Shown here piece by piece: positions 27,364-35,974 of a DNA stretch of 64,000 nucleotides. The stretch covers positions 12,462,001-12,526,000 of the forward strand of contig NC_079168.1 of assembly GCF_947568905.1 (NCBI RefSeq), written 5' to 3'. Positions within the stretch are counted from its first letter, which is position 1. Every line of letters begins with the position of its first letter. The notes under the pieces are model-generated. The model was not told where the DNA came from. It did not search any database and saw only the letters and a program-made list of their open reading frames with translations. This DNA comes from Ostrea edulis. Lineage: Eukaryota. The translations under genes and the position numbers were made by a program.

Positions 27364-30300
27364 TAGTGGTTCTGGAGGGTGAAAAGTTTACAACATCGAC
27401 GACACACAATTATATACTAATTTTGATCAGGAAAGCTCACTTGAGCTTTCGGCTTAGGTGAGCTAAAAAGAAGATAATCCCCAAACACAAATAATATACA
27501 TGTAAAATCTGTCAAGTATGGTTGTATAATATATCATAATTATGGTATGATATCCCACATATCTTCCTTTAAAAATATCCATCACAGTATTAACTGTTTT
27601 CACCCTTATAAACAATTTTCCATAAAATTCTTCTCTTGCTGTCCTTACATTTTTTTTCTTCTTGCTGTTTTTACACCCACCCCCCCTCCTCCTGTCTAAT
27701 TAGCTTTCCAGGGATTGTCCCTCCAACATGCTTACATTACAAATAAGAGAAAGAATTGAAAATTCCTCTAACGTCGATTCAGACACTATGCTGTTGCACT
27801 AAGACAACAAGAATTGTCAGAAGACAAGTAGCTGGCAGGGAAGGATGGTCCTACTTAATGTTTATCAATTCGAATCAGTCAGGTGACTGGTGAAACACTC
27901 ATTTAAAAGACAACACAAGTGTGACACTGACATTGGGGTCATCATAATAGGCTAGCTCTACTCATTTGTCCAAGAAACCTAAAAACCTATACTGGACATG
28001 TTTAAGTGTACTACGCTCATCAGAGATCAATGCAAAATTCAAATGGATAGTTATAGTTTAGTGTGAACCTTGATAGACAGACGTAAAAGGCCTCACACCT
28101 TGCAATTAATTCAGTCTGAGTTTTCAATGGCTGCAAATTTTTCACAAGGCATTTGGTCCGATTTCGGATTTTTTTTTTACCCTCCCAACTCGAATTTACC
28201 AGACAAATGTGATAGTCTGGTCACTGGTGACTTTCGGATTAAATAGTCTGGTCACTGGTGACTTTCGGATTAAATAGTCTGGTCACTGGTGACTTTCGGA
28301 TTAACTAAGCCTCCAAATTTCAAAACTCTGTGGGCATCAGAGTTCTTGAAAAGTGTCTGTAATGTTGGATTATCCAATAAACAGTCAATGATATTAAGAT
28401 TTGCAAACCACAAGCCATTCAGGCAACCATTTTCAGGAAATCCACATGCCCGAACTCAATTTCACTTGCCCGAAAAAAGAGAGAAAGAAAGTCGTTGAAA
28501 ATGAAAGTAAATTATACGCATGCGAAATCTGAATAATTTTCAAGACAAATCCTGAACAGACCGAGTGAAGATGCATAATTAATGGGACGAATGACTTTGT
28601 TTGGGGCAAGTTATTATAATTCTATGACTTGAGCATGCGCGTAATATTTATTTACTTCCGATTGTCAAATTAAAACTCCCGACGGGTAATTTTTTTTTAC
28701 AAGCCAGTTGGACTTGTTGCCAAGCGGATTTTACAAGTCCGACAGGAAAATCACTGGCCGCGGGCATTCAGACTACCGCTAATTTCGCAGACTGGATAAA
28801 AGTAGTAAATGTCAGACACAAGTTATCTAATTGTCGGTCCTGATGTCCGATAAAAGATCGGAATCGAAGTCCGTTTTTTACCGGGAAAAGTGGCATCCAT
28901 GTGGCCCATAAATTTTCAAAACGATGCTAAATAAGGCAAGGCATTGAAATGTAAATGTGAGGAATCTGTTGTGAGGAACTACAAGGAAAACGAAATCGAT
29001 AGTTTCAATCATCCTGGCAAGCTGCGAAACAATGGCTTTTGTTTGATGCAGTTTTACCTGCTGCTAGGTGACACTATCTGCTCAAACTCAAAGACCAACT
29101 ACACCAGGGCCAAAGTGAGAGAAAGAGTAGTTACAATGATTGCAGAGAAAGAAGTTGAGAGGAATAGACAGGATAGAGAGAAAAGTGGAGGATGAGAGAA
29201 GTGGAGGATGAAAGAGAAGTAGAGTAAGAAAGTAGCTCAGATAGCAAGAGAGAGGAAGATTCCGAGCGTGAGCAAGATGAGAAGGAGTATGAAAGGAGAA
29301 TTTATGAACTTATAGTTGAGATGAAGATTGAATACAATTAGTTGATTATAAGTAATATTTATAAAAACCTCAAAAGCGATACATTTTTTTCTGGACTGAC
29401 AAAATTTTGTTTGGGCTGACACTATTTCTAACAGTGTGAGACCAAATGTCTGACACTTCAAATGAAATTTCAAGGACTCTGGGGGATGTGCACTCTTCAA
29501 TAACCAGATCCTGACCTTACAAGTAAAGATCATTCTAAGCTTATCTGCATTAACATATATTGTCAGGGAACTACTAAACCTTAGTAAAATATCAAATATT
29601 GTTGAAAAATCTGCTGAACAAATACTTATTTTTAAATTGCATGCCATAATCCCATTAATATCTGAAGTATTTACAAAACAAACACAACAAGCATGAAATG
29701 TAAGTAGAAATACACTCTATACTTACCAATGATAGCCGTGCATTTCTTGTTCACTATCCCACTGGGGAGGAGGTGAAACTCATAGGCATTGTCACCAACA
29801 ACTACGGTGTGGCCAGCATTGTTACCTCCCTTTAACAGAAAAGTTAACCCATAATGTATAGTGTGTATGATAACCTATCTTTTAAATACTTTTTTTGAGG
29901 TGAAGATCTGAATTTACCACTTCGTAAGAATTTTTTACCATTTTATAAGAATTTCTACCATTGTAACAAGCATGAACTTTCTAGGCATACAATATGTACT
30001 GTAGTTCGAAGTACATGATTGTAAATCTTTCTTTTAAATACCAATATTGTTTCCGACTCCCAAAATATATTTCTACATTTTTTAGGATTACAAAACTGCT
30101 GATATATTTAATTTTAGGTGCATAAGATTAATATCTGTGAGCAATATAAATCATGGAAATGTTTTAATGCATTTATTTCTTTTGCCATTGGTGTTCCTTT
30201 CAACGTCTTGTTTATTTTAAACATGGCAAAATGTCCCAGTAGTACATGAAAATGCTACCATTAGCCTGGACCAAAAAATTTTTTTTTAATCGTTTCAGGC

Positions 30301-31675
30301 CTGGAACTCAGCCTGGTATTTGATGACCTCCATGGGACCCAGTCATGTAGCAAGGGCATTCACTTTTACCATTTACTATGGAGAATATAAAGAAGACGGT
30401 GCTCTCTTTGATTTGATAACCACTGCCTCATCTCTTGGGTACAGAACTGAGAACCACAAGATCTGGGTACAGTGATAATAGAAATTTCTGCCATCAAACA
30501 AGTAACAATTTGTGCCAAAAATATGCAGATAGATATAGATCCTGCATATTTGACCTTCACATATCATGGGAAAATAAAACTGAAGAAGTGATTCGTTGTA
30601 AAGGACATAGGATATTACAACAAATTCATTAATTCAAAATTCTTTGTAGATGTTTACCACAAAATTTCCCAATAAACCCTGTCCCTTCATTTTGCATTCT
30701 TCTCAAATCTATACACAATTTTGAATTGGAAATTCAATGCAAAAATATGACAACATAAAAATCATACAAAAATCAATATGTTTGTATTAAGGACTGATTT
30801 CCATGGTTGTGTGACTTAACCTATTCAAATAATAAGATTTTTATTCACCATTATTCTTCAGTATTAAAGAAGTCCAGGTTTTTTGTTTTTTTTTAAACTA
30901 CCTTAGTACCTACCCTATTTTTTTTTTTCAGCCTGAGCAACACATTTTTAACTAGGCTTTAATCATGCACGTGTTTCAGACATATGTCTCTCATTACAGC
31001 CACAGTCAGTAACATTATTCTGCTTAACGAATGCAGTACAGAACCATAATATGCCAACACCCACACTTTATTTTCACTCCACATAACTGATATGCTTATT
31101 GTTTGTGATGAAACTGGCAAACGAATATCACACAGATTTAATACTTGGCCTAGCTAGAAGTTGGAAAAGTGATATTGCAACATGATTAATTTCACGCATG
31201 TTGTAGGAAAGATCGCAACAATATCAACAAAAATAAACGTATCTAATGACAATAATGAAATGTATCTCTACTAAATAACATAGAATTTAAAATACATGCA
31301 TCAAATTTGATTTGTCATTTCTCTCTTTTTTTTTGTTTTGAAATTCCCCCCGAAATGTGTGCCTAAATTTGGAAGGTCGATCAAGGTTAAAATAAATAAC
31401 CAAATACATAAAAAAAAAAAATTTGACACAAATGTATAGAATGTCCCTTTTTCTAACTTAAGTAAATAAGATTTAGAGACAGTAAAATACAGTAATAAAA
31501 ACACGAAAATACGCACCTGACAGCGACAACAAATGTCGGCAGTGGCAGCAATCATGTCAACAATTTTCCCCTTCCCTTCATCTCCCCATTGCGATCCCAG
31601 GACAACAGTTACGGGGTTTGTGGGAGCTAATCTAGGTTTCTTATGGGGTGCAAGACCATTTAAGGACGTTGCCAT
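7675..31675 (-). CDS. ADSS: Adenylosuccinate synthetase, 13 coding exons, 443 aa
   Basis: Exons (minus): 31517-31675, 29727-29829, 23641-23754, 22029-22086, 19788-19833, 19316-19377, 18895-18976, 16306-16429, 11191-11345, 10183-10307, 8713-8813, 7837-7986, 7675-7727. Total 1332 nt, all junctions GT-AG, phases consistent. Motifs: [101 protein letters not shown]. Confidence 0.97.
9205..9650 (+). mobile_element. ~440-bp TA-flanked repeat with a terminal ~155-bp foldback, copy 1
   Basis: Inverted homolog of 15200-15680. Hairpin ATTACTACAGTAACTTGATCCGAAGAGT...ACTCTTCGGATAAAGTTACTGTAGTAAT at 9478-9634. Confidence 0.7.
12555..14937. mobile_element. PIF/Harbinger-like non-autonomous element with TAA TSD; left TIR split by a Helentron
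   Basis: TAA|GGGCTATTCCAGCAAAA ... TTTTGCTGGAATAGCCC|TAA. The left TIR resumes (TATGGGGGGAGGGA) only after the nested element at ~13235. Confidence 0.7.
12572..13235 (+). mobile_element. Helentron/HINE-type element with ~145-bp internal tandem repeats
   Basis: Starts AACAAGAGGTACTGTGAGCAATGCTCAC. Has ~3 copies of the core repeat, a GACG/GACA microsatellite and a CCCCC..AACTTGTTGCGGGGGGTATAAAAA end. Confidence 0.7.
15200..15680 (-). mobile_element. Same repeat family, copy 2, opposite orientation
   Basis: The reverse complement aligns by eye with 9205-9650 (shared GTGAAATCCA, GGAAAACC-GATCAC, TGACGTCA, TTTTCCACAAAAAAC). Foldback at 15217-15373. Confidence 0.7.
17678..18020 (+). mobile_element. 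Second, single-core copy of the 12572 Helentron family
   Basis: Same start (AACAAGAGGTACAGTGAGCAATGCTCACTAAGAATAC), core repeat and GACA microsatellite. Confidence 0.65.
20788..21263. repeat. 34-bp minisatellite, 14 near-identical copies (ADSS intron 4)
   Basis: Unit AACTCTATACATGTCCAGTCTTATTCACCACATG. The only variant seen is CACC/CACA. Confidence 0.95.
22087..22330 (-). repeat. Degenerate ~40-50-bp repeat copying the ADSS exon 4 acceptor junction
   Basis: About 5 copies of TTTTCTGTCCTTTTCAG|TGTTTGATGTG upstream of the real acceptor. Confidence 0.85.
25274..26032. mobile_element. CAG-ended MITE, 759 bp, 5-bp TSD
   Basis: TIR CAGGGTTCGAAATTA / TAATTTCGAACCCTG, TSD TTGAA (25269-73 and 26033-37), ACTAGTCC subterminal repeats. 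Confidence 0.8.
26297..26768. mobile_element. CAG-ended MITE, 472 bp, 5-bp TSD
   Basis: TIR CAGCGATTTTTTT / AAAAAAATCGCTG, TSD TCTCA (26292-96 and 26769-73), TTCCCAAT and GGTACC subterminal motifs. Confidence 0.8.
26796..27115. mobile_element. TA-flanked MITE, 320 bp
   Basis: ~35-bp TIR CACGTATCAACACTT..GTTACGTCCCTT / AAGGGACGTAAC..AAGTGTTGATACGTG, with TA on both sides. Confidence 0.75.
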
Positions 31676-31995
31676 GTTTCTTTTTTGTAAATACACGCCA
31701 CACAAGCGCTAAGTAACCCTAAACTGTTGTGTATTCCACTATTCACAATGCGCATGACAGAGGAAAAGGCGCGAACTTGTATTCCCACAAAGTAAGTCGT
31801 TCGTAACAATACTCGAAATGTTATTTCGTCAAGATGTTAATTTTTTTTTTTTCATAATTAGGTTGATCGATTCTCGTGTGATGTCGTAGGTTTTTGCAAA
31901 AATCTTTAGTAGATTAAACTTTGTGAATGATAGAAACATATCTTTCAGAAGAATTTATTTACTTCATCAAATAAAGAAACAGATATTTGATTAAA

Positions 31996-32315
31996 GGAGG
32001 TACTCTACATCGTCATAATGGCTGACTTCTTTTAAAATATGGATGAAAATTTAGACATCAGCAATATTTGGCTATTCATTTAAAAAAGTCTCGCCTAGCT
32101 GAGTAGCTCAGTAGGTTAGTACGTCGACTGCTGAACTGTGGATTTCGGGTTCGAGTCCACCAGGGGTTTTAAATTTTTTTCAGATTGCTTTCAACTAAAA
32201 CTACATTTTTTTGACTAAATGAATTAAAATTTGAAAGTTTTCAATTTCAAAAATATTGTTGTACATATCCTCCACTTTTCATCCATATCAAATGTCTCAG
32301 GTGTAGCATACCTCC
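31996..32315 (+). mobile_element. TTAA-flanked (Kolobok-like) MITE carrying an internal tRNA-like module
   Basis: Ends GGAGGTA / TACCTCC|TTAA. Internal A-box TAGCTCAGTAGG (32104) and B-box GGTTCGAGTCC (~32149). Confidence 0.65.
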
Positions 32316-32935
32316 TTAAAACTATTGATAGTGAAAAAGTTTATATTCTTCATAGATAATCAATTATTTATGATGAAAAAAATGTTGTCAAGGGCAATAA
32401 CTCCTATGCTTGTATTTTCTCTACTGTATGTCTATTATACAATGATTTTCCTAATATCCACAATTAATTTTTACATATTTATATATTAGCAGTTTTTCTG
32501 AACTGTTGACATTAAAAATTGTCATTTTAACTAGTTTTTATCTATTATTTTTTTTATTCGGTTGAACGAAAATGTGTGATTTTCTGATGTTGACCTACAT
32601 GTATACTTCTGTTTTAGTATGCCTGACATATTAAAAAAGGTGGCAACATATACATTTTCATTGGTTATTATATCAAATTAAGCTATATAGAATGGAAATT
32701 AATAGTTTTTTCCATTTTCAACCATTAATATTGGTAAGTCACATGAGGGTGGAGCTCACCTTAAAATCTGAGGTGTGTTTGTGAAACACTGATGCCTCCG
32801 TATGGCAGCAAAATCATACATCCAAAAAAGGGACTTGTCATAAATAATACACAAGTGAAATATGAAAGCCCTATCATGAAAACACAAACCATTCAAAACA
32901 TTTTTTTTCAAAAGTAGGTCAATCTTTCAGTTCAA

Positions 32936-33019
32936 CATCATCGCTAGACAAGGGTTTACGATCTCCTCCGCTTCTCTAGAGAAGCAGAGCGGATTGTAAA
33001 CCCTTGGCTAGCGAAGATG
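32936..33019. repeat. 84-bp imperfect palindrome (hairpin MITE-like)
   Basis: CATCATCGCTAGACAAGGGTTTAC..GCTTCTC-TA-GAGAAGC..GTAAACCCTTGGCTAGCGAAGATG, flanked by duplicated CAGTTCAA. Confidence 0.7.
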
Positions 33020-33865
33020 CCAGTTCAAGGTCATGAGGTAAAACATTTTGGTACTAGATCTATAATAAAGATCTTGTCAAAAGGGATGCACATGTAAAAT
33101 ATGAAAGCCCTGTCAGTATAACCATTCAAAAGGTGACCAAGGTTCTGGTTTTTCAAAAATTGTTCAACCTCCAAGGTGAAGGTCGCAAAGTCCAAAATGT
33201 TGGTACCAAAACAAGGGCCTTATCACAGGGACTACACATGTGAAATATGAAAGCCCCATCATCATCCATTCTAAAGTTATGGCCAAGGTAAAGTTTTTGC
33301 GAACATACATGGACAGCTAGACAGGCCAAAAACTATACCCCCCCCCCCCCCTTCTCTGATTATAGGGACATAAAAAAGAATAACGTAAACAAAATATGAT
33401 AATATATATTTCTATAACACATCAATATATTATGCTTTGGTGCCAATAATTAAAGAATTGAGTATATATAATGTTGAGTGAAAATGCATATACCTGACAA
33501 ACAGTAATCAATTTCGTAACTCCTACAATCAATACAAAATAGATAGTTGGGCAAACACAGACCCCTGGACACACCAGAGGTGGGATCAGGTGCCTAGGAG
33601 GAGTAAGCATCCCGTCAACCGGTCACACCTGCCGTGAGCCCTATTACTTGATCAGGTAAACAGAGTTATCCATTGTCAAAATCAGTGTGCCAAGAATGGT
33701 CCAACAATATATGAGCCTATTGTAATGTGGGTTGGATAGGGGGAGTTGGGGTTCCATCTCTTCCACTTCCAATCCCTGCTCTGGATCTTTTTCTTTCTCC
33801 TTTTTTCTTCCCCTTTTCTTTTGCCAATCACCCATCTCCCCTTTCCATTTTCTCTCCCTCTCATG

Positions 33866-35038
33866 CAGTTTCTAGCTCCCCCTTCCTCTTACCTTGTCTG
33901 TTCCTTCTCACTTTCTAGCTCCCCCTTCCTCTTACCTTGTCTGTTCCCTCTCAGTTTCTAGTTCCCCCTTCTTACCTTGTCTGTTCCCTCTCAGTTTCTA
34001 GTCCCCCTTCCTCTTACCTTGTCTGTTCCCTTCAGTTTCTAGCTCCCCCTTCCTCTTACCTTGTTTGTTCCCTCTCAGTTTCTAGTTCCCCCTTCTTACC
34101 TTGTCTGTTCCCTCTCAGTTTCTTGTCCCCCTTCCTCTTACCTTGTCTGTTCCCTCTCAGTTTTTAGCTCCCTCTTCCTCTTACCTTGTCTGTTCCCTCT
34201 CAGTTTCTAGTCCCCCTTCCTCTTACATTGTCTGTTCCCTCTCAGTTTCTAGCTCCCCCTTCCTCTTACCTTGTCTGTTCCTTCTCAGTTTCTAGTTCCC
34301 TCTTCCTCTTACCTTGTTTGCTCCTTCTCAGTTTCTAGCTCCCCCTTCCTCTTACCTTGTCTGTTCCCTCTCAGTTTCTAGTTCCCCCTTCCTCTTACCT
34401 TGTCTGTTCCTCTCAGTTTCTAGCTTCCCCTTCCTCTTACCTTGTCCGTTCCCTCTCGGTTTCTAGCTCCCACTTCCTCTTACCTTGTCTGTTTCTAGCT
34501 CCCCCTTCTTACCTTGTCTGTTCCCTCTCAGTTTCTAGTTTCCCCTTCCTCTTACCTTGTCTGTTCCCTCTCAGTTTCTAGCTTCCCCTTCCTCTTACCT
34601 TGTCCGTTCCTTCTGACTTTCTAGCTCCCCCTTCCTCTTACCTTGTCTGTTCCTTCTGACTTTCTAGCTCCCCCTTCCTCTTACCTTGTCTGTTCCTTCT
34701 GACTTTCTAGCTCCCCCTTCCTCTTACCTTGTCTGTTCCCTCTCAGTTTCTAGCTCCCCCTTCCTCTTACCTTGTCTGTCCCCTCTCAGTTTCTAGTCCC
34801 CCTTCCTCTTACCTTGTTTGTTCCCTCTCAGTTTCTAGCTCCCCCTTCCTCTTACCTTGTCTGTTCCCTCTCAGTTTTTAGCTCCCCCTTCCTCTTACCT
34901 TGTCTTTTCCCTCTCAGTTTCTAGCTTCCCCTTCCTCTTACCTTGTCTGTTCCCTCTCAGTTTCTAGCTCCCACTTCCTCTTACCTCGTCTGTTCCCTCT
35001 CAGTTTCTAGCTCCCCTTTCTTACCTTGTCTGTTCCCT
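33866..35038. repeat. 43-bp pyrimidine/purine-asymmetric minisatellite, ~27 copies
   Basis: Unit CAGTTTCTAGCTCCCCCTTCCTCTTACCTTGTCTGTTCCCTCT. The minus strand contains AAG|GTAAGA. Confidence 0.95.
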
Positions 35039-35082
35039 AAGGAATTGAAGCACTAACAACAAGTCTCAAATAAAATAAAATA

Positions 35083-35088
35083 TTTATT
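35083..35088 (-). terminator. Likely poly(A) signal of the CRT-like gene
   Basis: AATAAA on the minus strand ~890 nt past the stop codon, followed by a U/GU-rich downstream element (TTGTTGTTAGTG). Confidence 0.5.
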
Positions 35089-35974
35089 TTCACCATAATA
35101 TATATTACTTTGGCACAAAATTAATGAATGTTGAAATTTAATGAGTACAGAAATGGTTTTTTTTAAAATACTGTGAAATCATTCATTTTTTGTGGCTTTC
35201 TTGGTAAGGATCGACATATCTACAAATTAAAAACCTCTGTGAACAAGCAGAATAATGTTCAATCTTCGACCACAAATCAAGACCCCACTAAAATAATGAA
35301 GTAATTCTGCCTCAACCCAGTAACCCCTATACAATAATTCTTGATATGCCCACTATAAAACAACCATTATTCCCTGAACCAAGCAACTGTCAAACAATTT
35401 TTACATTCATGTAAGGATATTGAATTCAAAATGCTTATAGTACATTTGGATGGGTTTTTTTTCACCAGAGTGAAATTTTTTGACAATGAAAGTCTTAGGA
35501 GTGGGTCACATTCTAATAAAGAAAACATCCCTAGTTCCTATAATGTCTCTCAATAGTTATAAACCAGTAAATCAAAAATAGAACAAAATGTTAGATATAT
35601 TACGTTTAATGATAAATCTGATAAAAAAAACCCTGTATATGTCAATTATAAAATGTATGCTAGATTAAGTCTTTTATACATGTATTATTAATCTTTCACA
35701 CCTTTATCTTATTTTTGTTTTTCAATGTCACAGGTAAATTTGTGTAGCCAAAGGAGAAGATGCGCAGTGTGTAAAAGTTTGTGGATAATTGAAAAAGAGG
35801 ATTGTGTATGTATGTATTCACTAAAAAAATCATAAAAAATAATGCCAATAAAAAAATTATCACAGTGATCTGAGGATTGAGAACCCTTGAAATTAAATAT
35901 AATGTAACTTTAAAAAAAACCCAGAATTGTTAAAAGAAATTACTGTTCGGACACCAGTTACAATCGTTCCCAAT

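Larger units (their letters stand above)
24870..27468 (-). mobile_element. Full-length Helentron/HINE element (Cg170-like cores) containing three nested MITEs
   Basis: The ends are GAGGCCCATGGGCCACATTGCTCACCTG (24876) and GCTCACTTGAGCTTTCGGCTTAGGTGAGCTAAAA (27434-27468), i.e. the reverse complement of the family at 1072. Confidence 0.75.

Noticed and set aside
28944-29647. Intact gene nested in ADSS intron 2
   Set aside because: Interrupted by stops and frameshifts; at best a decayed transposase tail.
30366-30632. Alternative first exon of ADSS
   Set aside because: No ORF resembling the GDEGKG N-terminus and no phase-0 donor compatible with exon 2.
31785-31800. Plus-strand donor (AAA|GTAAGT) suggesting a divergent transcript from the ADSS promoter
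   Set aside because: A single motif with no downstream exon I could identify.
32093-32165. Functional tRNA gene
   Set aside because: A and B boxes are present but there is no paired acceptor stem or clean cloverleaf, and it is embedded in a repeated TIR element. The copies at 44640-46580 are likewise SINE-like.
33644-34581. Several Ser/Pro/Leu-rich ORFs
   Set aside because: They are translations of the 43-bp minisatellite and the flanking low-complexity sequence.
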